A stretch of DNA of 64,000 nt from Octopus sinensis (taxonomy: Eukaryota), in NCBI RefSeq assembly GCF_006345805.1, contig NC_043009.1, forward strand, positions 8,184,001 to 8,248,000. The letters run 5' to 3'. The position numbers and the translations under genes were made by a program. Under the pieces are notes generated by a model. That model did not search any database. It saw only the letters and a list, made by a program, of their open reading frames with translations, and was not told the origin of the DNA. The first letter of the stretch is position 1; each line of letters begins with the position of its first letter. This document shows, one piece after another, positions 28,263-41,036 of the stretch.

Positions 28263-29917
28263 ACACGTACACACACACACACACACTAATAATTTCCTAA
28301 TCATAGTTTCACATTCACACACCGAACTCATCCTCACTCATGTTTGTTTACTTGCTGTCCCCTTTATGTAACATGCTTTAAAACATAACCCTCAAAACCA
28401 ATTCTATAAAATGACCATAGAGATGCATGAAGACGTAGGAAATTATTTAGTCCATGAAATACTTTGCCTGAAAATGAAAAGCTAAGAAAGTTATGACTGG
28501 GGCCAACCAACCATGCAACACTTTTCCAGCTCATTCATAAAGATGTTAAGACATTTTTATCGTCAAACATTTTATAAATGACATCTAAAATGTTCTACAA
28601 ATGCTAGAATTCACATTTTACGACCTTTCATTGTGAACATGGAAGCTAATGCGAGAGCCTCCACATGGTTTCTTGATCTGCTAGAGATAGTAACCAAATC
28701 ACCCTTATATCACATTTTGGATAAGGTAATCTTAGATAAACTGCAGTTAAAAATCAAAAGTTGGGATAGGCTCAGCTGGAATGTCTTTGATAGCAAGTCT
28801 GATCAATCAAGTCTAAACTGCATCTTTATCTTATAATCATTGGTGTACATCAAAAGAGCTTCTAGATGATAACTTGACTTGCAAGAAGTAGAAGGTAAAT
28901 CTCCCTCACAACACACTCTGAAATTCCAAAATAGATGAAATGATCACTCCCCATAGGTTTTCTCAATAAGAACTGACCTGAATCTAAAGAACAACAAAAA
29001 CTTGTAAGTAGTATTGTGTTTATAGAAAAGATCTTTCTAAATGTATATGTATGCATGTGTTGTTATACTTTGGGAGTGTCACACTCACTGGTTGTGGTTC
29101 ACTTCACTTTTAGTTATATTATCAGAAATTTGCAATATAGTCAAAACTGAATTAAACCATAGTCAGTGAGAGTGATTCTTGGCAGTATGACCCTCCTCAA
29201 AGTATAACAATATTGGTTTCAAAGCATAGTTTCAGATAAAATATTCTTTTAAAGCAAATTGAAAAATAAAATGTTTGTTGCGTGTATGCTATGGGTGTTG
29301 TATATATGTTGTGTGTGTGTGTGTATGTTGTGGGTAGGTCTGCGTTGTGTATGTGTATCACCTCCTTACTCTTAGCACTCTGGTTCTCATCAATTTCTCT
29401 CACACTGGTTTCCTTTCATCTCACTCTGTTTTATCACCATCTCATTCTGCCTGTTTCAGCCTCCCCACCCAGCTCTATGGGAAAGAAAAGAACAGAGAAA
29501 CCAGGTTGTGTGAAGATCTTACCATATAATGCTTGTGGGTCTGTTGTTATTAGTTACTTCTAGGTCATCCCCAATTGAGAAAACCTATGGTCATAGGCAT
29601 TTGAACTACATTAAAACTACATTAAGACTACATTATCTTGTATGTACTCTCTTTTTAAGTATTGGGGTATGTTGGAGAAATTTTGCTGCTATTTCTAGTA
29701 AGTCAAGTGACCATACAGATGCTTTCACAATTACTCAGCTGGAGGTCTGCCTCAACCAGGGGTCCATATGGCCTGTGGGAGTCTGCATGGCCCTTGGGGG
29801 TCCATATAAGATTTTGTTGTTAAAATTTATGTACAGTAAATCGATTATACTTCTTCAATGCATAAAATATTATAATTTTTTTTAATACAATTCTTTATAA
29901 TATTATATTATAAATAT

Positions 29918-30298
29918 AGGCGCAGGAGTGGCTGTGTAGTTCTGAGTTCAGTCCCGCTACGTGACACCTTGGGCAAGTGTCTCCTACTTTAGCCTCGGGC
30001 CGACTGAAGCCTTGTGAGTGGATTTGGTAGGCGGAAACTGGAAGAAGCTCATTGTATGTGTGTGTGTGTGTGTGTGTTTGTGTGTCTGTTTGTCCCCCCT
30101 GGCATCACTTGGCAACCAATGCTGGTGTGTTTATGTCCCCATAACTTAGCAGTTCAGCAAAAGAGACCGATAGAATAAGTACTAGGCCTACAAAGAATAA
30201 GCTCTGGGGTCGATTTGCTCGATTAAAGGCGGTGCTCCAGCATGGCCGCAGTCAAATGACTGAAACAAGTAAAAGAGAGTAAAAAGAGTAAAAGAGAG
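29918..30298 (+). mobile_element. SINE family A, low-divergence copy
   Basis: GGCGCAGGAGTGGCTGTG head, retains many CpGs, (AAAGAG)n-like tail. Confidence 0.9.
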
Positions 30299-31093
30299 AT
30301 ATAATATGATTATTTAAACATTGAATGATAACGAGAGTTCACCCAAGTAAAACAGGAATCAGAGGTGCCCATGGGCAAAGAATGGTCGGTCTAAAGAATG
30401 ATGTAGTATGAATGTAGTATGTAAATGATGTGAAGAATGATGTAGAATGATGGTGATTGTGTCTCAGTAAGGGGAGGTATGGTTGAGTGTGAGTGAATGT
30501 AAAGGAGTGTGTAGTGTGATGGGTGAGTGTGGGTGTGTCTGTAAGGTAAGATGTGGCATTATGGGTGATTGGGTGGATGTGGAGGAAGGTGTAGGTGCAT
30601 CTATAAGGAAAGGTTTGGGATGATAGGTGATTTGTACTTCTGTTCAGGAAGGTGTGGCATGACGGGGTGGTTACAGTGGTGTAAACTAGAGTAAGAGCAG
30701 GTGGGAAAAAAGGTGTGGGGGTAATTAGATTAGGCATCATGATGTGAAGCTTGACTGATGAGATGAGGCAAGATAAAAATCAATTACAGATATTCTGTTG
30801 TGCAAACCCAGCCAACCCATGCTAGCATAGAAAACCAAACATGAGAATTGGTGTAGGCGGTTGTCGTCATGATAACGATCTCTCTCACATACATGCACAC
30901 ACACATACATACACATTAAATTTATGCTTGTATATGTGCATATATGAGTGTGTGTGTGCATACATATACATCAGAATGTGTATATGTTTATAATCACATG
31001 TTCATATTCCTAACTCTCAGACAACAGATAACTGCCCATACACCATGATCAAAAGAGGAGCAGATCTAAACATGATGGATGAACAAGCAGGAG

Positions 31094-31155
<62 letters not shown>

Positions 31156-31715
31156 GTGTGTGTGTGTGTGTATATGTAATATATGTATGTGTGTGTGATC
31201 AATATATATGTGTGTGTGTATGTGTATCATACACACTCACATATATCAGATGCATGAAACAAACCAAAACTGATTCTCAAAGGATAACTTTGACATGTGA
31301 TGTTAACCATTATCTAACTCTTCTTTTCTCTACTAGAAATCTAATTTTCTGCATACGCATAGCATTCTCTGCCATTTCTGTTTGATAGTCTGTCAGTCTG
31401 GATTCTTCGTTGTCAAATTTTTTGGCATGATACACGTGATAAACATTTTCTTCATTTGCACATACCACTTTTTTTTTTTTTTTTTTTCATCTTCTTTATC
31501 TTTTATTTCCATCAATAGTCACATAGCCATGATTGGTTATGAAGTTTTTGTGAATCAGGAAATTACACATTTGATTCCACTGAACAGGACTTAGGCAAAT
31601 GCCTTGTATTATAACCTTGTACCAAACCAAAACATTTAAGGAAATTTGGTAGACGGAAACCCTATAGAAACTCATCCAACCTTTTTTTCATTTATCTTTT
31701 AGTCAGGCAGGAAGG

Positions 31716-31952
31716 CCATGCCCATGACCATTTATGTCATGGGCACTGCTATGACCTTTTAAAGGTCATGGGCATTGCTATGCCCTTTTATAAGCCATAG
31801 ACACTGCCTTTTGTAGGTCATAAGCACTGCCATGACCATTTATAGGTCATCGGCAATACCATGACCTTTTGTAGGTTATTGGCACCATTGTGATCGTTTA
31901 TAGGTCATGAGCACTGCCAGATCTTCTGTAGGTCATGGGCATTGCCATGACT
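31716..31952. repeat. 29-bp tandem minisatellite of palindromic units (~8 copies)
   Basis: Unit consensus GGTCATGGGCACTGCCATGACCTTTTGTA; unit starts at about 31736, 31764, 31793, 31816, 31845, 31874, 31903 and 31931. Confidence 0.85.
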
Positions 31953-33222
31953 TCTGGAAGGGAAGGAGAAACGTATCCTGAAACTAGAGAGCTGGTCCAA
32001 ACACAATAAAATGGGCTCTTGCTACAGGCATTCAAGAGCCAGTTAGTGATGTTAAACCTGGTGATGGATTAAGTCCACCCCTGACTAGGACTAACTTTAA
32101 CGAGTCATGGTTACCAGTCTTTGAGGCCTGAGCCCTTGCCTAGGTCATATGCTGCCCTACTACCTGTTTTCCTCTTTTACTTGATTGTGCTAGAGAACTA
32201 TATTCCAAGTCAGTTATCTTGATTCTTCCCCTAGTTCTTAGTTCAATGCTCACATAATTGATATGTATTTATCAAATGGCTGGATTAACTTATTTCATAT
32301 TTGTCATATCCTTTTTGTGAGATAATAGAGTTTAATGTGAGTGGTATTTGGTTGCTATTTTGAGCTTGTGGGACAACCATGTAGAGGCTGTTTCGAAATG
32401 CTTTGGTCATGCACAATGCTGACCTTTGACTGGATTCTAACTCCCTGTTGCCTCAGCATGTTGTAGCTTTCTGTGAGATAAGGAGAATTGAAATGAAATT
32501 TCAGGAGTCAAGAAGAACTAAATCATCATCATCATCATTATCATCATCATCATCATCATCACTATCATCATTTAATGACCCTTTTTCCATGCTGACTTGG
32601 GTTGAACTGTTTGACAGGAACTGACAAGCCAGACAACTGTGCTGAGTTCTGAGTTCCAATGTCTACTTTGGCACAGCTTCTATAGCTTGATGCCTTTTCC
32701 AATGCCAACCTCTCAGCTGATAGTACTTGGTACTTTGTGGCACCAGCACTAGTGAGGTCACTAAATACCCACAAGACAAAGAGTACTCTCGCATAATTTC
32801 CCTCGATAATTTATGATGTGTACATTATGTACATCAATAAAATGATTTTCTTATCAGAAATAAAGCAAATACAGAGAAGGCTATGCTTTGCTGTAGTGAT
32901 CTAATAAAATCAAAATGTGTCCAGTATTCTTTCTTGTTCACCAAAGTCAGATTATATTTAGATTAATTAGTCATTGAATAAACGTTTTCTTCTCACTACA
33001 TAAAGTTTTAATTAAATTTGTTTTTCCTCATTATATCAATTATGATGGCTGTAACTTAACAGTTGCGTTTCTTAACCATCACCCGATTATTTATGCAGAT
33101 ATAAAATTTATTCATGGACACAGCAGCTGTTACTGTTACAAAAATGTGTTATATTGGTGTATGTTACACTGATATAAAAGTGGGTGGCTATGCATGCACA
33201 CACGCACACACACATGCACGCA

Positions 33223-34481
33223 CATGGTGCAGTGAATAATTTGTCATTTAAATTATGTAAAAATGAAAATAACACTGACGTCTCATTTTAACAGTTATAT
33301 TTACTAAAATTACATAAAAATATCTTGAAATATTAAAGAGTAAATTTATTCAATAAAATCGCCATTGTCTTCAACCACAGCCTCCAGATGACGACTTTGG
33401 AATCTCCTGCAACTCTTCTGGATGGTCTCCTTGTTTAAGTTGGTGAACACTGCCATAATCTTTGCCTTCAATTCATCTTTGGTGTTACAAGGAGTTTTGT
33501 TGGTCTCTTGCTCAACTGTGCCCCACACATAATAATCAAGGGGATTGCAGTCTGGGCAGTTAGGTGGCCAGATGCTAGGGGTGATGTGATTGTAGAAATT
33601 GTCTGACAGTAATAACTGGGTTCTCCTGCTTGTGTGGCATGGTGCAGAGTCCTTTTGCCAGACAGAGGGTCTTCCAGTAGCCACCCTCTTGACCCAAAGC
33701 AACACTACCTCCTCCAGGCACTTGATGTAGGCCTCTGTGTTGAGTTTGAGGGTGTGTGGGAAGATGAATGGAGGCATAACGTCGCCATCACTAGTGATCA
33801 CTCCAAACACCATGATGTTGACTGGCTGTTTGATTTTTATCACTCTTGGTACAGTTGTTCTGTGTGTTCACCATCTGATCCTGTCAGAAATTTTCTCATC
33901 TGGGAAAAACGAAAGCATGTTCAGTTGGAGGGGATGCCTGAGTTTGTTCAAAAAGCTTTGTAGTGTGGTCTTTCCTCTTGTCCTCAATGCCTTAGGATAA
34001 AAATTGTCCCTTTCTCATCTTGTATGAGGAATACCGAATGTCTTCATGCACTAACTGCCTGATAAGAAACTCAGACACTACCATGTCCCTGGTGATGGAC
34101 CTGATTGGCTTAGAAGAATCGTTGTTAATCATGGCTTTGATCTCACCAGCAAATTTAGGAGTTCTTATCAGAATGATTAGAGTGAGTTTTCTGAGCTGAC
34201 ATCAGACTCATCCACATCTTTCTGAATCCTCTACACTGTCCTCGGATGGACACCCAAACACTCTGAAAGATTTGTATTGGAGCTTCCAGTGCGAATGCCA
34301 AGCAGTACAGTATGTTATTTCCAAATTTCTGGCAGAGCGAATTGAGTCATAGTGCTGTATTTCTGACAAATGGTGCTCAGCTAACCCTATTATACTGTGT
34401 AGGTGACAAAATCAAACACAAACAATGCACATGTGTGAAATTAAAAATATAAAATGGCAGCAGTTTACCCATCACACTTTG
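33223..34481 (-). mobile_element. Tc1/mariner DNA transposon, maT (DD37D) family, full length (~1.26 kb), inactive
   Basis: Right end reads TA|CAAAGTGTGATGGGTAAACTGCTGCCATTTTA on the minus strand, with TA at 34482-34483. A degraded counterpart CATGGTGCAGTGAATAATTTGTCATTTAA starts at 33223. A transposase lies between them. Confidence 0.88.
33346..34350 (-). pseudogene. DD37D (maT) transposase pseudogene
   Basis: ATG at 34350 (MTQFALPEIWK*...), several stops and frameshifts. Catalytic motifs FPDEK, WQKDSAPCH and WPPNCPDCNPLDYYVW are present, with 37 residues counted between the 2nd and 3rd Asp. The C-terminal part is track ORF 33346..33843. Confidence 0.92.
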
Positions 34482-34604
34482 TATATATATTTGTGTAACC
34501 CTCGTAAACTCATAAAGGAGCATGTGTAACAATTATAGAGAAAATATTTGTGTGTGGATATGTATGTGTGTGTAACTATTGTTGGTATGTGTATGTTTAT
34601 ATAT

Positions 34605-34800
34605 ATATTTCCTTGGGGCTGGCCATATTGGAGCAATCTCGAGTATAACCAGCCGAAATTGCAAAGATAATCTGGAACTCGACTGAGGATAGAAAACTCC
34701 AAATGATCTGTCCTTGTTTGCCTTGTATCGTCTGTCTGGATATTTTGTTTCCCTTTTTTTGTTTCACCCAACTGTCTGGATGTTTTGTGTTCTTGTCCCA
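34605..34800 (+). mobile_element. Penelope-like terminal fragment with highly decayed hammerhead-like stem
   Basis: GGCTGG...CCAGCC-GAAATTGC followed by a T-rich tail like the 24.4 kb fragment. Confidence 0.35.
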
Positions 34801-35628
34801 TTTTTGTATTTATTTATTTATATATATATATATAATAGAATTTTAATGGAGTAGAAGGTGGCGAGCTGGCGAAATCATTAGCATGCTGGGCAAAATGCTC
34901 AGTGGCATTTCATCCATCTTTACGTTTTGAGTTAAAATTCCACTTTAGCTTCCGTCCTTTCAAGGTTGATAAAATAAGTACCAGTTGTGCACTGGGGTTG
35001 ATGTAATCAATTTACCCACCACTTGGAAATTACTGGCCTTCTGCTAAAATTTTAAAATTTGAATGAAGTATGTATTTTATCTCTGATATTCTGTGTGTGT
35101 GTGTATGTAAGTCACCAGTATAAGTAAGACTTTGTGTGTGTGTGTGTGGTACCATTATAAGTGAATTGTTACCGTTTAACCCTAAGTTGATCCTGATTGA
35201 GAAGACCTATGATGAAAAATATTCCAGGCAGTGACCATTCTACAATTTTTATATCCGGGATGACATTGTCCAATGTACCCGTCTCTTTTTAAAGTAGTAG
35301 GCTGCAATTTGTGGAAATGTGACTTCTATTTCTAATTACTGAAGAGACTTCAAAGAGTTGCGTGGTTTTTTTTTTTGCATCTTCTACGAGAAAGTATGTT
35401 TCTCTCATCTTTGTGAATGTGCATAGTGTGTGTGTGTTTGCAAGATACATATATATATATACTTGTGTGTGTGTTAACTTTATAAATCAAAAAGAGAGTA
35501 GTTAAAAAAAATATAGAGAGAGTTTATCAGTGAGTACAAAAATTAGATTAATAGAGAACAGGGTTTGACATTAGCTTATTGATAATCTTTTACGATGGAT
35601 TAGTCTATGATCTTAAAGTAAATCTTAC

Positions 35629-35751
35629 TTGATCTTTAGATCATATGCTTTAAGAATTTGTAAATTTCTTTCACTCTGTAATGATTTTTCTTCCACCTTT
35701 TTAATAACCAAGAATCCGCTCTGTTGGAACTCATATGGAATCTATAAATCT
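35629..35751 (-). other. Candidate exon with strong splice signals; coding only if the second AG (exon start 35741) is used (IPYEFQQSGFLVIKKVEEKSLQSERNLQILKAYDLKI)
   Basis: T10-ATTGCCTAG| acceptor and CAA|GTAAGA donor. From the first AG all three frames contain stops. Confidence 0.35.
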
Positions 35752-37452
35752 CTAGGCAATAAAAAAAAAGAAAATATATATATATTCAAAACTTATAATT
35801 GAAAACTAATTGATGAAATAAGTGTCAAATTTATAGGCTGATGTTTAAATGGGTTAGTCTTTTGGAAAGATATTCTGATTATTCTGAACATTTGTGAGTG
35901 TGTGAACATTAGTGCCTATGTGTATGTGTGAAAAGAAAAACGGTTTTCCTGGTTTTTATAGTGATGATAATATTCTTTCTTCTATTAATTTAGAAAATAT
36001 CTTCATATTTATTTTAATTTAGGGGGTCTTTTGAAAGTGAAGAAGGGTAATGAGAGAGATTTGCTGTTTTGGTTGTTGAACCTTTAGCATTTGATTGAGC
36101 AGCCTTCCATCCATAACCACTCAGTTATTCTAGTTGTGACCTCTCCATCTTATTTCTTCTTTTCAAATTGTGCATCTCTTACGATATTATCCAATGTATT
36201 CTTTCTTTTTTAAGAAAATGGTAGGGTGTGATTTGCAGTTGGTTTGACTGTTGTTTCTAACATCACAAGTGACTTACATGGAAGCTCCTTTCCACTTCTC
36301 TAAATTGGAACAAATCTGTTCATTAATTTCCTATAAAATAATTTTGGAAAATAAACCCCTTGAGAGAAGATGTCATGTTGACAAGTAAAATATGGTGACT
36401 GCAAGAGTTAAAAGTAATCTTATCCACCATCACAAACCACTTAAGCTACTACAGTTTGCTTTAAAAGCAAATTACAACCACATAAATTTTTCTTCAAGCT
36501 ACAAATCGTTTTTTTTTTTTTATTCTTTTCCTGTTTGTAGAAAAAGGGTCTTGAAGTCAGTCAAATTAATCCCTTATTTTATCATTTAGGAAAGAATAAA
36601 ATGATAAAGAGCAAAGTTGGCTCCTGTACTATTTGAAATTGCTTCTTTTTTTTCCGCTTTTTTGAAAAAATATTAGTTTAGTTTGACTTTGAAAGTCCTC
36701 AGAGACTTGCAAGATCAATACAATTAATGTTCCTCTTGAAGAGTTGCAAGCTGAATAATATGGAGTATGCCGGTGGAGGGAAGAATTCCACTAGGTCAAC
36801 ATTTCTGGAGAGAAACTACTGGACAAGGGACTGGCACGAGGAGGGTGTTGGACACATTGGGGATGGCAAAAGAAACAGATAGAAGTGAAGTAGGATTGAG
36901 AGAGTGGAGGTAGCATGAGATGACCTAATTCTGAAGAGCAGAGACCATTGTGGTATCAGTAGAAAAGCAAAGTGAGGAAATAGCAGCTCTGTTGGGTAGC
37001 AAAATCTTTCAATCATGATATTGTACAGCATCTGTCATCGTTCTCTATCTTGTCTTTGTTACCTTTAATAATCCTTTCTGTTATAGGCACAAGGCCTGAA
37101 GTTTTGCAGGAGGAGACTAGTTGATTACATCGACCCCAGAATTTCACTGGTTCTTAATTTATTGATCCCGAAAAGATGAAAGGCAAAGTCGACCTCGGCA
37201 GAATTTGAACTCAGAATGTAGTCACGGGCGAAATACCGCTTTGTTACCTTCAATAATAAAGATAATATTTTCTTCTATAATTATAAGGAACTCTTCTATA
37301 AGTATTAGCAGTATATATATATATGTGTATGTGAATGTATGTATATATATATATATAATGAGGGTGATAAATTGGATATTAATTTAATTAATATCAAATT
37401 AAAACCAGTAGCCTAGCATATAGAAAAATCTGGAAAATCAGAAAAAATTGTA

Positions 37453-37592
37453 ATACATGCGTATATTTAGGGATAATCACGAAGTGGATAACCAATATGC
37501 CAGAAGATCTTCTTCTAGCATAGATTGTATGTGATCTTCTTCTAGCATATTGGTTATCCACTTAGTGGTTATCCCTAAATATACGCATGTAT
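37453..37592. repeat. Inverted repeat (~55-bp arms) with an internal direct repeat
   Basis: ATACATGCGTATATTTAGGGATAA...ATATGCCAGAAGA versus its reverse complement ending at 37592; GATCTTCTTCTAGCATA occurs twice in the centre. Confidence 0.85.
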
Positions 37593-38634
37593 GTATATAT
37601 ATAAAAGTGCAATTAACATCAGTTTTGCAAACTCCGTTTGATAAGAGTTTTTTTTCCCGATGTAGCACTTATCTCCCTATCATAATAATAGTCATAATTC
37701 TTTCGAATATAGGCACAAGGCCTGAAATTTTGATGGGGTTTAGTCAATTACATCAACCCCAACGCTCAGCTGGTACTTATTTTATCGACCTTGGAAGGAT
37801 GAAGGTCTAAGTCAGCCTCTGCTGAATTTGAACTCAACATAAAAACAGACGAAATGCTGCTAAGCATCTTGTCCATTGAGCTAACGATTCTGTCAGTTCA
37901 TTGCCTTTCTCTTGCCTATAATGATAGTTTCAAATTTTGTCACAAGGCCAGCAAGTTCAGGGAAGTGGGGTAAGTAAATTATATTGACTCCAGTGCTCAA
38001 CTGGTACTTATTTTATCGACCCTGAGAGGATGAAAGACAAATAGACCTCAGTGGAATTTGAACTGAGAATGTAAAGATAGATGAAATGCTGCTAAGCATT
38101 TTCCCTGGCATCTTAATGATACTATCAGCTCACTGTAATGATGGACTCTACCGTCAAAGATGACTGATGAATGTTTGGCTATTTTTGCTGAACGACCTGC
38201 GCAAATGATTTGCTTAAAATGATCAAAATGTATGTGCCGCACAATAGCTCACTCCCTCCAAATCAACATTGAACAGTGAACCACACATCAGGTGTCAAAG
38301 TGGTTACGATGTGAGATGAATTGTTTTGCTTAAGAACACAGTGCACCACTCAATCTAGGAGCTGAAATCACAATCTAGCAATTGAGGGTGCAACAATACT
38401 TTCTTCAGTAATTACTAGCAATTCTTCTATAAGTATTAGCAATATAAATATTCAAAAAAGAAAAGAAAAAAAGAAGCCCAACCGGAATTGAAATTAGTTT
38501 ACAAACTTCGTTTGATAAGAATTTATTTCATTATATAATGTTTATCATCCTGTCTTTGATAACATATAAGATGAACACTTTTCCAAAGGAAAAAATAAAT
38601 GTCTCATCTGCAAAGCTGGGTTTATGTTACATAC

Positions 38635-38673
38635 TTTAATGCATTAAAAAGTTTTTGTCCTGGATATGCTCTG
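38635..38673 (-). CDS. Candidate 39-nt exon (RAYPGQKLFNAL, phase 2 to 2)
   Basis: CAATTTCAG| acceptor, |GTATGT donor, one open frame. Confidence 0.2.
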
Positions 38674-40840
38674 CTGAAATTGAATGCATCTAATATGTCC
38701 AAACGTCTTTTACCCCATCAAATATGATAATAATAATAGTTAATATCTTACATAGGCACAAGGTCAGAAATTTGATGGGAAACAAGAACAGTCAATTATA
38801 TTGATCTCCCCGGTACTTATGACCCTGGGAAAATGATTAAGTTTTAACTATGGCTTATGATGAACACATTGTGTTGAACAGGGCTCGCCTGCAGACTTTT
38901 ATCTTGCGGCCCACTTGATACTTTCTTGAAATGGGTTTATTTAAGCAAACATTTAAAAAATGTTATTAAAAACTAAAGATTGTAATGAAAAGTAAAATAG
39001 AAAGATACTAGTGTTTTTGCAATGATAATATTTCATATAGAATCAATGATCATTCATTCCTTATCGTAATAATAAAATGAGAAAGTAAAATGCTTTCAAT
39101 TCTGTCAGCATACAAGCAGCCCTCATAAAAATCTCTCTGATTAAAGGGGCTTGCAATGTAATGTAGAATAAGGGACAGTTAATTGTATCAATGCTAGTAT
39201 TTCAGTAGTGTTTATTTTATCACTCTCAGAAGCAAGTTAAAAGTATGATCCCTGTACAATTAGAACTCAGACTATAAGAAAAAATAACTAAACGCTGCAA
39301 GGATTTTTGTTTGTCCTGATCTCCTTAGAAACTGATATCTGGCAAACCAGCAGAGTTGTGGACAAAATACTTAGTGGTATTTAGTTATTCCCCTGTATGT
39401 TCTGAGTTCTAATCTCACAATTGTCAACTTTGTTATGCTTTTGAGGTTGATAAATTAAGTCACACAAAAGTACAGGGGTTAATAAAAATCAACCGTAACT
39501 CTCCTACAAAATTTGTAGCAACATGTCCCATGGGCAACAGTTGACTTTATTTATAAGGACAGGCATGGCCTTGTGTTTAAGAACCTCTCTTTGTAATGAT
39601 GTAGTTTCAAGTTTGATATTGCTTAGCAGCTTGGGCAAGTATCTTCTACTATAGCTCCAAGCCAACCAATGCTTTGTAAGTGAGAATGGTTGACAGAAAC
39701 TGTGTGGAAGCCTGTTATATATGTGGTGCAGGGTCCACCTTACCACTGCATGACAGCCCCCCATAATTTAGTGGTTCGATAAAAGAGACCGCTACAACAA
39801 GCACCAGATTTTAAAATAAATACTGGGGTTGATTTGACCAATTAAAACCCTTCAAGGTAATGCCCCAACATGGCCACAGTCCAATAACTGAAACAAGTAG
39901 AATATAAAAGATATTGCCTGTAATAGAAATTATTATCCATTCAGCTGAATCAGACGCCATTATTTGTCAGGAAATGATTCTCAAATGCATGGCATGACAT
40001 CCTCCCAGCAGTGGGTCTCTCTACTCTATGATTTTCTTAACAGTTGATCTCTCTACTGTATTATGCTCCCAATAGTGAATCTTTTTTTTTTATTGTTTGA
40101 TACTGTAAATGGCAATGGTAACATTCGTAATGATTTCATGATTATGATACATTTGATGACTTATTTATTTTAGCCGATGATGATTTATATATTATTTTAT
40201 GTGATAATTTGTGAATAATAGCATTATTGAACTCCGATGGGATAATAACAGGCTCCCTGCTTTGTCCAGTGGTGAGTGTGACACAGCGGTGCCTAATTCA
40301 ATCCAGAGCAAATACTGATACTGTAAAAGATATCATTTGTAAAACGCTTGTTTTTAAACGTTTTTTTCATTTCTTTTCTTCGTTGATATTTACATCCATA
40401 ACTGGAATACATTGACAAAAGATAAACGAATGAATATACATACGCACAACAGGCTACCCCCAAGAGCCTGTCTATCAAATTTTAGCAAAGTATTGGTCAT
40501 TCTGAGGTTATCAGAGAATATACTTGTTCTAACTGGAAACATCATTGTTGCAGAGCAAATTTTTTAACCAGGCCATCAACATAACAGAAAGGAAATGAAT
40601 ATTTACACTATTGATGCCTTTTTATAAGGCTTTGAATGCAGCAAATGAAATTACGCTTATAGAAAATCCGAAGGTGGAAGTTTCTGTATGGTTGTTCCAC
40701 CTACTAAAATGAACAGCCAAATTTCCCTCAGATTTCACCCTACCATCTTAGAAATGGAAAAAGACTTATGTATCCAAAATAATGTAGTTCTGGATATATG
40801 ATGCCTGAAAAAAAAAAAAGACGAGATGATCACAGCAAAA

Positions 40841-41036
40841 CCCTTTGTGTTTAAACCATATCCAATCTAAATATTCTAAGTATTTTATGTTTAGTCAGAT
40901 TAGATCTGGCCTCTCACACCTACCCTACAATGCCATTATAAAACTAAACAATCACCTCAAGATAATTCATGATTAATTTGAAACAATGTGGCTAAATGAG
41001 CATTGCATTTGACAGAGTAATCTGAATGCTAAAGGG
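40841..41036. mobile_element. piggyBac-type MITE (same family as 22354-22542)
   Basis: CCCTTTGTGTTTAAACC ... AATGCTAAAGGG|TTAA, with shared internal sequence (agatct(a)ggc(c)tctcaca...cctacaatgcc). Confidence 0.72.

Noticed and set aside
31300-31590. Possible terminal exon around a T19 run (WNQMCNF... or VCANEENVYH...)
   Set aside because: The frames do not join without assuming homopolymer errors and upstream stops remain; unsupported.
31716-31952. CRISPR-like appearance of the 29-bp palindromic array
   Set aside because: No unique spacers (units are directly tandem), no cas genes, and the context is eukaryotic.
40213-40330. Overlapping exon candidates on both strands (plus-strand GTG|GTGAGT donor; minus-strand CTTTTACAG acceptor)
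   Set aside because: Each has only one good splice site and no phase-compatible neighbour was found.
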